A stretch of DNA of 32,698 nucleotides. Origin: Vulcanimicrobiaceae bacterium (GTDB lineage: Bacteria; Vulcanimicrobiota; Vulcanimicrobiia; Vulcanimicrobiales; Vulcanimicrobiaceae). A program made the position numbers and the translations under genes. The stretch is from contig JBHEMM010000009.1 of the NCBI GenBank assembly GCA_046262595.1, forward strand, positions 19,528-52,225. The letters are read 5' to 3'. The notes beneath the pieces are model-generated. The model ran no database searches. It was not told the origin of the DNA and worked only from the letters and a program-made list of their open reading frames with translations. Positions 16,530-25,469 of the stretch are shown piece by piece (the stretch's first letter is position 1; each line of letters starts with the position of its first letter).

Positions 16530-19144
16530 TCGGCGGTCATCTCCTCAAGCGCGGCACGCGTGCGCGCAAGCTGCGCACGGTAACCTTCCAGCTTGTCCCG
16601 CTCCTTCGCCACGACATCCGGCTTCGCATTCGCTACAAACTTTTGGTTGGCGAGCTTCTCTTCGCCACGGGCCACCTCGCCCGCTAGCCGGTCCGCTTCC
16701 TTCTTATAGCGCTCGCGCAGTATGCCCGCGGGAGCGTGGCCCTCGACCTGGCCGAGCGCGCGAACCAGGACTCCGGCGTCGGCTGCGTCGACCGGATGCG
16801 GCTGGTCCGCAAGTTCGGCGCCCGCCAGAACGCCGAGCAGTGCCGCGAGCGGAGGCGAAAGTTCGGCCGGGACCCGCAGCGTCAGGCGTTCCTTGGGCTG
16901 CAGGCCGATCTCCGCGCGCAAATTACGCAGCCGTTCGACCGCCGAGCGAAGCGCTTCAAAAACGCGCGCAGCCTCAGGGTCCGCCGGTATTTCCTCGATG
17001 TCCGGCCACGACGCCGTCATGATGGTCTCGCCGTCGTGCGGAATGGCGAGCCACACTTCCTCGGTGATGAACGGGGCGATCGGATGCAGCAGCCGCACCG
17101 CGTTGTTGAGCACGAAGGAAAGAACCGCCGCGCGCGTTTGCTTAGCGCCCTCTTCTTTCGTCGCTTCGAGATACCAATCGCAGAGCTCGTACCAAATGAA
17201 ATGCCATAGCGTTTCTGCGGCGCCGCCCATGTCGTATTCATTGAACGCAGCAGTTACCGCGGTTGCCGCGTCGAGCAGTTTGACGAGAATCCACTTGTCG
17301 GCGACGGTCATCTGGGCGGCCGGCGGCAGCGACATCGCAGCGGGAAGCCCTTCGGGCAGTGAGAGCAGGTAGCGCGCCGCGTTCCAAACCTTGTTGTTGA
17401 AGTTGCGCGCTTCTTCGCACCGCGATTCTTGAAAGCGCAGTTCTTGCGACTCCAAACGCATCTGACGCATCATGCCCATACGAAATGCATCGGCGCCGTA
17501 CTTCTCCACCACATCCATCGGATCGATGGCGTTGCCGAGCGACTTGCTCATCTTGCGGCCGAGGGAATCATAGACGGTCGGCGTAACGAAAACGTTTTGG
17601 AACGGCACGCTGCCCATGACGTGCAAGCCCATCATCATCATCCGGGCGACCCATAAGAAAATAATGTCGCCGCCCGTGACGAGCACCTGCGAAGGATACC
17701 AATGCTGCAGCTCGGCCGTCTTCTCCGGCCAGCCTAAAATCGAGAACGGCCAAAGCGCGGAAGAAAACCAAGTGTCCAGCGTATCGGGATCGCGCGTAAG
17801 ATCCATCGTGCCGTACTGTTCCATCGCTTGGCCGATCGCTTCGACTTCGCTTTCCGCAACGATCGGATAACCGTCGGGCGTGTTCCAAACAGGCAGCTGA
17901 TGGCCCCACCAGACTTGCCGCGAGATGTTCCAGTCACGAATGTTTTCCAGCCACTGCTCGTAGGTGCGTCCGCTGCGCTCGGGCACGAACCGCACGCGGC
18001 CGTCGCGATACGCCTGCAGCGCGGGCTCCGCGAGCTGCTTGACGCGCACGAACCATTGCAGCGAGAGCAGCGGCTCGATCACTTCTCCCGTGCGGTGGCT
18101 GATCGCGACGGCATGACGGTACGGCTTCTCCTCGACGAGCAATTCGCGCGCGCGCAATTCCGAGACGATCGCGTTGCGCGCGTCGAAACGATCCATGCCG
18201 GCGTACGGGCCGGAGTCGATCTCGGCACTCGTGATCTTGCCGTCGAAATCGATGACGGACGGCATCGGCAGTTTGTGGCGCTCGCCGATATCGTAGTCAA
18301 CCGGATCGTGCGCGGGCGTAACTTTCACGGCTCCCGTTCCAAAACCGGGCTCGACGGCGCCATCCGCGATCACGGGAATCGAACGCTGCAGCATGGGCGG
18401 CACCAGCACGCGCGCTCCAATGAGCGCCCGGTAGCGTTCGTCTTCGGGATGCACGGCAATCGCGACGTCGGCGAGCATCGTCTCCGGACGCGTCGTGGCG
18501 ATGCAGATGCCTTGCCCTTCGCCGGCGGATGGATAGCGGATCACCCACAGATGCGCGTCGCGATCTTCGTGCTCGACCTCGGCATCGGAGATCGTCGTCT
18601 TCGCTTTCGGATCCCAGTTGACGAGCCGCTTGCCGCGATAGATCGACCCCTCGCGGTACAGATCGACGAAGACGCGGTTGACGGCGCGCGAGAGACCTTC
18701 ATCCATCGTGAACCGGCTGCGCTGCCAATCGGGACCGAAGCCGATCGCGCGAAACTGTTCGTCGATCGTGCCGCCCGTCTCGCGCGCCCATTGCCATGCC
18801 ATTTCAAGATACGCTTGGCGTCCGAGCGATTCGCGGGTCTGGTCTTGCGCGGCGAGGTTGCGGACCAGCACCGTTTCGGTGGCAATGGCGGCGTGGTCCG
18901 TTCCGGGCAGCCAATCTGCGTTATCGCCCAGCATGCGGTGATAACGGGTGAGCACGTCCATTGGCGTATAGGTGGAACCATGACCCAGATGCGCGCGCGC
19001 CGTCACGTTGGGCGGCGGCATGCAAATGATGAAGGGCGGCCGCGCCGGATCCGCGTCTTCATGAAAATATCCGGCATTCTGCCAACGCTCATAAAAGCGC
19101 GGCTCGACGGCTTTCGGGTCGTACTGCTTGGGCAACTCGCTCAC
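16526..19144 (-). CDS. valS: Valine--tRNA ligase
   Basis: PPPNVT, HLGH (HIGH motif), PGTDHAAIAT, ATTRPET, GTGAVKVTPAHD, DWNISRQVWWGH, DTWFSSALWP, KMSKS, C-terminal coiled coil. Start GTG 19144 or ATG 19180; the track GTG 19213 lies inside a repeat arm. Confidence 0.97.
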   Translation of the reverse strand: MSELPKQYDPKAVEPRFYERWQNAGYFHEDADPARPPFIICMPPPNVTARAHLGHGSTYTPMDVLTRYHRMLGDNADWLPGTDHAAIATETVLVRNLAAQDQTRESLGRQAYLEMAWQWARETGGTIDEQFRAIGFGPDWQRSRFTMDEGLSRAVNRVFVDLYREGSIYRGKRLVNWDPKAKTTISDAEVEHEDRDAHLWVIRYPSAGEGQGICIATTRPETMLADVAIAVHPEDERYRALIGARVLVPPMLQRSIPVIADGAVEPGFGTGAVKVTPAHDPVDYDIGERHKLPMPSVIDFDGKITSAEIDSGPYAGMDRFDARNAIVSELRARELLVEEKPYRHAVAISHRTGEVIEPLLSLQWFVRVKQLAEPALQAYRDGRVRFVPERSGRTYEQWLENIRDWNISRQVWWGHQLPVWNTPDGYPIVAESEVEAIGQAMEQYGTMDLTRDPDTLDTWFSSALWPFSILGWPEKTAELQHWYPSQVLVTGGDIIFLWVARMMMMGLHVMGSVPFQNVFVTPTVYDSLGRKMSKSLGNAIDPMDVVEKYGADAFRMGMMRQMRLESQELRFQESRCEEARNFNNKVWNAARYLLSLPEGLPAAMSLPPAAQMTVADKWILVKLLDAATAVTAAFNEYDMGGAAETLWHFIWYELCDWYLEATKEEGAKQTRAAVLSFVLNNAVRLLHPIAPFITEEVWLAIPHDGETIMTASWPDIEEIPADPEAARVFEALRSAVERLRNLRAEIGLQPKERLTLRVPAELSPPLAALLGVLAGAELADQPHPVDAADAGVLVRALGQVEGHAPAGILRERYKKEADRLAGEVARGEEKLANQKFVANAKPDVVAKERDKLEGYRAQLARTRAALEEMTAE

Positions 19145-19208
19145 GGTCCGGGTGCCTTCGCCTTCCAGACTCAGTGTCATGCCTTCGCCACGACCATTAC
19201 CGCCGTTG

Positions 19209-19282
19209 GTCACCCTGAACTTGTCGAAGCGCGCACGGAACGAAATTGGAAAGCGTGCGCCGTTCGACAGGCCCAGGGTGAC
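19209..19282. repeat. REP/REPIN-like inverted-repeat doublet
   Basis: Arm 19209-19237 GTCACCCTGAACTTGTCGAAGCGCGCACG versus reverse complement of 19254-19282 GTCACCCTGGGCCTGTCGAACGGCGCACG: 24/29 identical, 16-nt spacer. Confidence 0.8.
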
Positions 19283-19336
19283 AAAAGCAAGGCGGCAGCG
19301 TCATAAAACGGAGGGCGCAGTGTGACGGTGGGATGC

Positions 19337-19372
19337 AAAAAAGAAGAAGCGGGGCCGAGGCCCCGCGTTCTT
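19337..19372 (-). terminator. Rho-independent terminator after the receiver-domain gene (end of the wza-wzc-REC unit)
   Basis: Minus strand reads GCGGGGC-CTCG-GCCCCGC followed by TTCTTCTTTTTT, just downstream of the stop at 19380. Confidence 0.85.
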
Positions 19373-19379
19373 GCGGCGA

Positions 19380-19775
19380 TTACTCGGCTAGTGAGTTTCG
19401 TAACCGCACATCGGTGAATTCGCCCGTGTCAATCATTTGCTGCAACCCCGTAACGATCTCGTCGTGATCGGCGGCTTTCGTCAGCACGGCGTTCGCACCG
19501 GAATAGTGGCAAGCTTTCGCCCATTCCGCGCTGCGCATGCTGGTGTAGACGGCGATCAGCGCCTTGGGGAGCAGCGTTCGCAGAAACGTGATGAACTTTA
19601 GCGGCTCTTGCGCCGAGAAGTCCACGTCGAGGAACATCAAATCGGGCGGATCCTCCAGCAACTGCCGGAAGTTCGGCTCCGCCGAAAAGCGATCCACCTT
19701 CAGACCGAGGTCCCGGAAGACCTCGGTCAGGCTGGAGACGAAGAGCTCTTGCGGCTCTATGACGTGTACTTTCAC
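19380..19775 (-). CDS. Stand-alone response regulator receiver domain (NarL-like REC, no output domain)
   Basis: VHVIEPQ, PDLMFLD (phospho-Asp), AVYTS, GANAVLTK. GTG 19775 preferred over the track start 19829. Confidence 0.82.
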   Translation of the reverse strand: MKVHVIEPQELFVSSLTEVFRDLGLKVDRFSAEPNFRQLLEDPPDLMFLDVDFSAQEPLKFITFLRTLLPKALIAVYTSMRSAEWAKACHYSGANAVLTKAADHDEIVTGLQQMIDTGEFTDVRLRNSLAE

Positions 19776-19833
19776 GTTTGTAATTCGATGCTCAATCGTC
19801 ACAATCAAATGATTCAAACATAGGGGCACGGCC

Positions 19834-21987
19834 CTAGGCGGTGATCATGGGCTCCTCTTCGACGGCGTTCTCGCCCGGGCCGAGCTCGTACGCGCCGTAA
19901 TCGGAGCGTTTGGGCACGACGCGGTTGAGCACGAAGCCGAGGATGTTTTTCACTCCGACTTGCTGCAGCCGGCGCAGCGCGCCTTTTGCTTCGCGCAAAT
20001 CGGTCTGTCCCGCGGAAAGTACGACGATCGTGCCGTCGACTTTGCGCGACACGACGGCCGCATCGAGGTTGACGCTGAGCGCAGCGGTATCGACGATGAC
20101 GCAGCGGTAATGTTCGGATGCCTCGCGCAGGAGGTCATCCATGCGCTGCGACTCGAGCAGTTTGATGGGGTTGGGCGTAGGGGTGCCGCTGGTGAGAATG
20201 TCCAGCCCCGGATACTTCGTCTTCTGTGCGACTTCCGTGAGCTTCGCGCGTCCGACGAGCACGTCCGAGAGACCCCGCTCGTTCTTCATGTGCAGTTTGG
20301 TGTGAATCGAGGCGCGGCGCAAATCCGCGTCAATGAGCAGGACGCGCGGCTCGAGTTCCGCCATCGCGAGCGCGACGTTCACCGACACGGTGGATTTCCC
20401 GTCACCCTGTGATGGGCTCGTCACGACCAGCGTTTCCAGTTTTGAATCGCTCGCATACTTGATCGAGGTGACCAGCTGTAAGAACGATTCGATCGTGAGG
20501 GTGCGAACCCATGGCAGCGCCGCAACGCCGTTGCGCATGCGCACGAGCGGAATTTGGGCGAGCGCCGGCAGCGCCAGCTCTTCTTCCACTTCACGGTCGT
20601 CTTTGATGCTGCCGTCAAGGTAGTCGATGATGAATGCGCCGACGACGGCCAGTGCGGCGCCGAGCAGAATGCCGAGCATCAGATTCATAACCACGTTCGG
20701 CGTGACACGGGCGCCGTTGGGCTGCGCCGGCTGCGTGACCGTGACGTCGCTGAGCGCGGTGTCTTTGGCGATGTTCGCGTTGTTGAACTTCTGCTGCAAC
20801 GCTGTATAGACGTCTTGGGCGGATTGAGCGTTGCGCTGCAAATCAGCCATGACCGCAGCTTGCCCCGGCAGGCTTTGGAGGCGCGGATTCATATCGTTGC
20901 GCTGCTGCGTGAGCACGGCGAGTTGCGCCTGGTCGGCCGCGACCTGCGACTGATACTGCGCTTGCTGCTGCTCGAGCTGCTGGTAAACCGGGTTCGCGGC
21001 CGTGTTTTGATTGGCAACGACGGTCGCTTGCTGATGCGAAATCTCATTTTCGATCTGCGCTTCTTGCTGTTTGAGGGCAATAACCTGCGGATGCTGATCC
21101 GTGTATTGCTGCTGCGCCGTCTTCAGTTGGACTTGCACTTGAGAGAGTTGGGTCTGCAGCTGCTGCACGACCGGGTTGACGGCAACCGTGCCGCCGTTGC
21201 TGACGACGGAAGGCGTGTGCCCGAGTTGGCCCTGAACGCTCCCGAGCTGCGCGCGCGCCTGCTGGGCGTCGGCCTGCGTAGATTGGATCTTGCTGTCCAT
21301 CGTTGCGAGTGCCGTGATATCGGCTTGCGTCTGCGCGTTGATGTCGGCGATGTGATGGGTCGCCTCGAAGTTGGCGAGCTTCATCTGCGCATCGTGCATC
21401 GATCTCTGTGCCGCCGGCAGCTGTTTGCTCAGAAACGAGATCGCCTGCTGCGCCTGCGCTGAGACCAGCTGCCGTTGGCGGTCCACGACGACGCTTCCGA
21501 ATTCGTTGGCGATCATCGAGGAGGTTTTCGGATTCGACCAGGTTACCGCCAAATCGATGATGGAGGTATTCGTCACCGGCTTGACCGCAACGTGCTGGAG
21601 CAGATCGTGAGGAGACACCTTCAGTCCTAAGTTCCTTGCGACTTGCTGCGCGACCGGCGTCTCTTGGAAGAGCTCCACATACGTCTCGGCACTCTGAACG
21701 CCGGACGCGGCGAGCAGCGCATTAAGCACGGGCAGCTGGCTGTTCGCATTGTCGGTGCCGGCAGAGGGCACCGCGCTCGAGTTACCGGCGATCACTTTGA
21801 TGTCAGTTGTGTAGCTCTTGGGCACGAGGAGCGTGAAGATCAGTACGAGCGCGATGAACCCAAGGAAAATCGCGAGCATTGGGCGCGCGCGCCGTTGAAG
21901 CGTGCGCATGATGCCGTTGATCTGCGCTTGTGATTCCGGAACGCCCCCAAGCGCTGCCGGTACTTGCCCTGAAGGCAACGAATACAT
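19834..21987 (-). CDS. wzc: Polysaccharide co-polymerase / BY-kinase (Wzc/GumC-like)
   Basis: Two TM helices flanking a Gln-rich coiled coil; Walker A SPSQGDGKST, A' LLIDADLR, B VIVDT; C-terminal GFVLN. Confidence 0.92.
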   Translation of the reverse strand: MYSLPSGQVPAALGGVPESQAQINGIMRTLQRRARPMLAIFLGFIALVLIFTLLVPKSYTTDIKVIAGNSSAVPSAGTDNANSQLPVLNALLAASGVQSAETYVELFQETPVAQQVARNLGLKVSPHDLLQHVAVKPVTNTSIIDLAVTWSNPKTSSMIANEFGSVVVDRQRQLVSAQAQQAISFLSKQLPAAQRSMHDAQMKLANFEATHHIADINAQTQADITALATMDSKIQSTQADAQQARAQLGSVQGQLGHTPSVVSNGGTVAVNPVVQQLQTQLSQVQVQLKTAQQQYTDQHPQVIALKQQEAQIENEISHQQATVVANQNTAANPVYQQLEQQQAQYQSQVAADQAQLAVLTQQRNDMNPRLQSLPGQAAVMADLQRNAQSAQDVYTALQQKFNNANIAKDTALSDVTVTQPAQPNGARVTPNVVMNLMLGILLGAALAVVGAFIIDYLDGSIKDDREVEEELALPALAQIPLVRMRNGVAALPWVRTLTIESFLQLVTSIKYASDSKLETLVVTSPSQGDGKSTVSVNVALAMAELEPRVLLIDADLRRASIHTKLHMKNERGLSDVLVGRAKLTEVAQKTKYPGLDILTSGTPTPNPIKLLESQRMDDLLREASEHYRCVIVDTAALSVNLDAAVVSRKVDGTIVVLSAGQTDLREAKGALRRLQQVGVKNILGFVLNRVVPKRSDYGAYELGPGENAVEEEPMITA

Positions 21988-22001
21988 TCTGTTTCCCCCG
22001 T

Positions 22002-22901
22002 TTATGGTATGAGACGCGAGAGAACGTAGAGCAAACCGGTGAACAGCGTTCCCGACGACTTCTGGCGCGTCTGGGGAACGTAGATCGTGTCGCCTTTTTC
22101 GAGGGCGACGTTCGCCGCTTTGTCGTTGCTCTGCAGCGCGGTGTACAAATTGATTTCCTGATTGACTTGCTTGCCGTCAGGCCCCGTGCGAATCAGGCGC
22201 ACGTGATTGAGGTCCGACTGCGCGTTTGCGCTGTTGCCTGCTTTGGCGATCGCCACCGCTAAGCCGTCTCCTTGATTGACTTGAATCGGGCCAGGATGAT
22301 CGACGGCACCGGTGACGTTGACGAAGAACTGAACCGGACCGGGCACATAGACGACGTCGCCTTCACCCAAGCGCTGGTCGGACGTCGTGTCGCCTTGGCG
22401 AAGCAGCTTCTGCAGCGAGACCTGACTGATGCCGCCGTTCGGTTCGGAGATACGCGCGAGCGGATAGTTTCCGTCCTGGTCGCTTAAACCGCCCGCGGCC
22501 GCAATAGCGTCGGACAATCGGGCGTCCGAGCGCAACTGATATTTGCCTGGGTTCTTGACGTCGCCCAGCACCATGACGTTCGGCTGCGCCAATTGCGTGA
22601 TGGCGATCGTGACCACCGGGTGCTTCACGAACTTGTATAACCGCGACTTTAAGGTAGAGGCTGCTTGTTCGGGCGTCTTGCCGGCGACGGGTACTTGTCC
22701 TATAAGCGGGTAGGCGATGGTTCCGTCGTTGAGAACCGTTACCGTCTGGGTCAGCGTTTGATCGCCGTACACTTGAACGCTGAGCTGATCCCCCGGATGA
22801 ATCGTCGTTCCCGCGGCGAGGGCGGGCGTCGCACAGAAAGTGCAAGCGGCCGCCAATACGGCGGCGATGAGGGGTGATGCGAGGCGGGCATAACGTAACA
22901 C
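22002..22901 (-). CDS. wza: Polysaccharide export protein (Wza/Poly_export + SLBB domains)
   Basis: Signal peptide; IHPGDQLSVQV, DGTIAYPLIG, GKT, VLGDVKNPG, AIAAAGG, GDVVYVP, second SLBB repeat; C-terminal amphipathic helix. GTG 22901 follows GAAGGA. Confidence 0.9.
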   Translation of the reverse strand: MLRYARLASPLIAAVLAAACTFCATPALAAGTTIHPGDQLSVQVYGDQTLTQTVTVLNDGTIAYPLIGQVPVAGKTPEQAASTLKSRLYKFVKHPVVTIAITQLAQPNVMVLGDVKNPGKYQLRSDARLSDAIAAAGGLSDQDGNYPLARISEPNGGISQVSLQKLLRQGDTTSDQRLGEGDVVYVPGPVQFFVNVTGAVDHPGPIQVNQGDGLAVAIAKAGNSANAQSDLNHVRLIRTGPDGKQVNQEINLYTALQSNDKAANVALEKGDTIYVPQTRQKSSGTLFTGLLYVLSRLIP

Positions 22902-23073
22902 GGTTTCACCACTTTCCTTCGATGATGGCTTAATGGTACGCGGCATCACCTAGTATGTGGCAGATGGTATCGTCCCGATGGATTGAGCAAAAGGTCGTCA
23001 TCGGCGCCGGACGTTAGTGCAGGAGGCCCAACGAAGTTTGTTCGCATGGGCCACGTACTCGGCGGTCGCATTC

Positions 23074-23082
23074 TGTTACAAC
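23074..23082 (+). promoter_or_regulatory. Candidate extended -10 (TGTTACAAC) for a leaderless tlpA transcript
   Basis: TG-n-TACAAC lies 6 nt before ATG 23089, with no Shine-Dalgarno. Confidence 0.4.
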
Positions 23083-23088
23083 CATTGC

Positions 23089-23604
23089 ATGAGTATCGCG
23101 TACGCAAGCCGGTGGATCGGCGGCGCAGCCCTGGCTGCGCTGTTTGTCTTCGGCGCGCACCGTCACTACGCGCGCAGCGTACCGCTCCACCCGGGAGACC
23201 GCTTGGTTCCGATTTCGCTCGCCGCGCTCCACGGCGGCGACTACCGTCTCCAACCGGCGGGGCCCGAAATCATCAACATCTTTGCGACGTGGTGCCCGCC
23301 GTGCCGAGAAGAGACGCCGGCCTTCGCTAAGCTTGCGGTGCGCCTGCGCGCGCGAGGCGTCCGCCTTATCGGCATCGATCAACAGGAGAGCGCCGCTGTC
23401 GTCGCGCGGTTTGCGGCCCAGTTCGCGCTGCCGTATCCGATCTTCATCGACAACGCGAACGTGACGCACGACCTTCTCGGCGCCCGCGTCATCCCGACGA
23501 CTATCTACGTTGATAGAACGGGCGTCATTCGCTGGGTCCACAGCGGACCGCTCAATGCAACCGATCTACGCTCGCTCGCTCGCTTGGACCCGAGCGCCGG
23601 ATGA
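23089..23604 (+). CDS. TlpA/ResA-family thiol:disulfide oxidoreductase
   Basis: N-terminal hydrophobic anchor, INIFATWCPPCREE, IPTTIYVDRTG (cis-Pro loop); ATGA overlap with the next gene. Confidence 0.9.
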   Translation: MSIAYASRWIGGAALAALFVFGAHRHYARSVPLHPGDRLVPISLAALHGGDYRLQPAGPEIINIFATWCPPCREETPAFAKLAVRLRARGVRLIGIDQQESAAVVARFAAQFALPYPIFIDNANVTHDLLGARVIPTTIYVDRTGVIRWVHSGPLNATDLRSLARLDPSAG

Positions 23605-25469
23605 GTACCAAGCGCGCGGTCGTGGTCGGCTTCGACTATTACGCGAAGTTCTTAGCCGATCTGATGAATACCGAGACGCCCGACTGGCGTGTACGTGCCT
23701 ATGACGGATCGCGCGTCGGGACGCTGCGCGCCGTTCTCGCGCTGCGCACCGCCGACGCCCTGATCAGTTTCGGCGGCCCCGCGCCAAACGCGGCGCTCAT
23801 CGAGGCGGCGCGCCGCCGCAACATTCCGGTGTTCGTTGTTTGGGCAGGCAGCGACGTCCTTAAGGCGCAGGAAGACCCCTTCGGTCTCGAGGTGATCAAA
23901 CAGGAAGAGTTTATCCATCTCTCAGACGCGCGATGGCTCGTTGACGAGTTGCGCCTGCTCGGCATCAGCGGCGAGTATCTGCCGCTCACCGCGATACGGC
24001 GCGGCAGCGACGTGAAGCCGTTCCCCTCGGAATTTCGCGTTCTCACCTACCTGCCCGAGCCGCGACGTAATTTTTACGGCGCAGAGCTCGTTTACCACGT
24101 CGCGCGCGCAATGCCCGACGTTCCCTTCACCGTCGTCGGCGCGGGTGGCCGCGACCAGCGCGCGCCGGAAAACGTCCATTTCGTCGGCATGGTGAACGAC
24201 ATGGAAAACCGCATCGACGCCGCGACGGTCCTTTTACGTCTGCCGGAGCACGATGGGAAGTCCATGCTCGTACTCGAGGCACTCTCGCGCGCCCGTCACG
24301 TCGTTTGGAATTATGAGTTTCCCGGCGTTCAAACAGCGAAAACCGAAGCGGCGGTGCTCGTTGCCCTTGCAAACTTGAGACGCCTGCACGAATCGAGCGC
24401 GCTGAGATTGAACCATGAAGGACGCGAGTTCGTGCTGCGCGATTTCGAACGCGGTCCGATCGCTTTACGTTTTGCGAGGCGTTTGGACGAAGGCGCGAAT
24501 CAATGGCGCGCCCGCGCCGTACGGGCGCGCAGAAGTGTTGCAATCAGCGGCCTGGGTTTGTTTTGCGCCGAAGTAGTGGAATACGGAAAGCTGTATGCGC
24601 CGCAATGGAACGCGCGCGTTCTGCGAACGGCCTCGCGCCTGGATGTGCTCACGTCAATCTGGACCCTCGCCGGATGCGATGTGTGGTATTCGATCGGCGG
24701 TCCGACGGCCGACCGCTGGCTGTGGACGGCGGCGCGCCTCATGCGCAAACCGCGAGTGGTCCACTGGGTCGGATCCGACATTGCATCGGCGTCCGAGAAT
24801 GCTTCCTTGCGCGAGATGCTGAGCGGAACGGACACGACGCATTTGGCGGAAGTCGATTGGACCGCGCAGCAACTTTCCGATCTTGGTTTTCGCCCGCAGA
24901 TCGCACCGCTGCCGCCGCGCCACTCGGCCGGCGTGCCGGGTTCCATGCCGGAAGCGTTCACAGTCATGCTGTACGTGCCGCGGACGCGCAGTGATTTTTA
25001 CGGGCGCGCCGAGTTCGAGCGGCTCGCATACGTGCTGAAAGATAAACCCGTACGTTACGTCATCGTCGGCGGAGGCGACATTGCGATGCCCAAAGGCGTT
25101 GACGCTGAAAATCTCGGCTGGCGCGACAGTTTAACCGATGTGTATGAACGCGTCAGCCTGCTCATCCGCCTAACGCCGCGCGATGGCCTCTCGCTGATGG
25201 TGCTCGAGGCGCTGTCGTTCGGCAGGCGCGTCTTCTGGACGCAGCGTTTCCCTTACACGCAGGTAGTGAACGGTTTTGAGGAAATGAAGTCTTCGATCGA
25301 GTCGCTTTTGGATCTGCATCTACGCGGCGAGCTGCGGCCGAACATTGAAGCGTCACAGATGGTTGCAAATCAATATTCGCCGCGCAAATGTATCGTTCGG
25401 ATCGCCGCCGCATGGGAGCAGACGGCGGAACAGCCACGGGCGCGGCCTCTTGCCGTGGAGCTGCCATGA
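23601..25469 (+). CDS. Tandem-duplicated GT-B (GT4-like) glycosyltransferase-like protein
   Basis: Two ~300-aa homologous halves sharing SxGGP, WxGSD, Y(L/V)PxxRxxFYG and RLxxxDGxSxxVLEALS; polysaccharide-locus context. Confidence 0.7.
   Translation: MSTKRAVVVGFDYYAKFLADLMNTETPDWRVRAYDGSRVGTLRAVLALRTADALISFGGPAPNAALIEAARRRNIPVFVVWAGSDVLKAQEDPFGLEVIKQEEFIHLSDARWLVDELRLLGISGEYLPLTAIRRGSDVKPFPSEFRVLTYLPEPRRNFYGAELVYHVARAMPDVPFTVVGAGGRDQRAPENVHFVGMVNDMENRIDAATVLLRLPEHDGKSMLVLEALSRARHVVWNYEFPGVQTAKTEAAVLVALANLRRLHESSALRLNHEGREFVLRDFERGPIALRFARRLDEGANQWRARAVRARRSVAISGLGLFCAEVVEYGKLYAPQWNARVLRTASRLDVLTSIWTLAGCDVWYSIGGPTADRWLWTAARLMRKPRVVHWVGSDIASASENASLREMLSGTDTTHLAEVDWTAQQLSDLGFRPQIAPLPPRHSAGVPGSMPEAFTVMLYVPRTRSDFYGRAEFERLAYVLKDKPVRYVIVGGGDIAMPKGVDAENLGWRDSLTDVYERVSLLIRLTPRDGLSLMVLEALSFGRRVFWTQRFPYTQVVNGFEEMKSSIESLLDLHLRGELRPNIEASQMVANQYSPRKCIVRIAAAWEQTAEQPRARPLAVELP

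Noticed and set aside
17828..19306. 492-aa plus-strand ORF
   Set aside because: Antisense shadow of valS; no domain signature.
19145..19335. T-box riboswitch upstream of valS
   Set aside because: No TGGNACCGCG T-box motif or terminator/antiterminator pair; the space is taken by the inverted repeat.
20880..21480. CTG/CAG-rich quasi-repeats
   Set aside because: They encode the Gln-rich coiled coil of Wzc; not a DNA repeat array or CRISPR.
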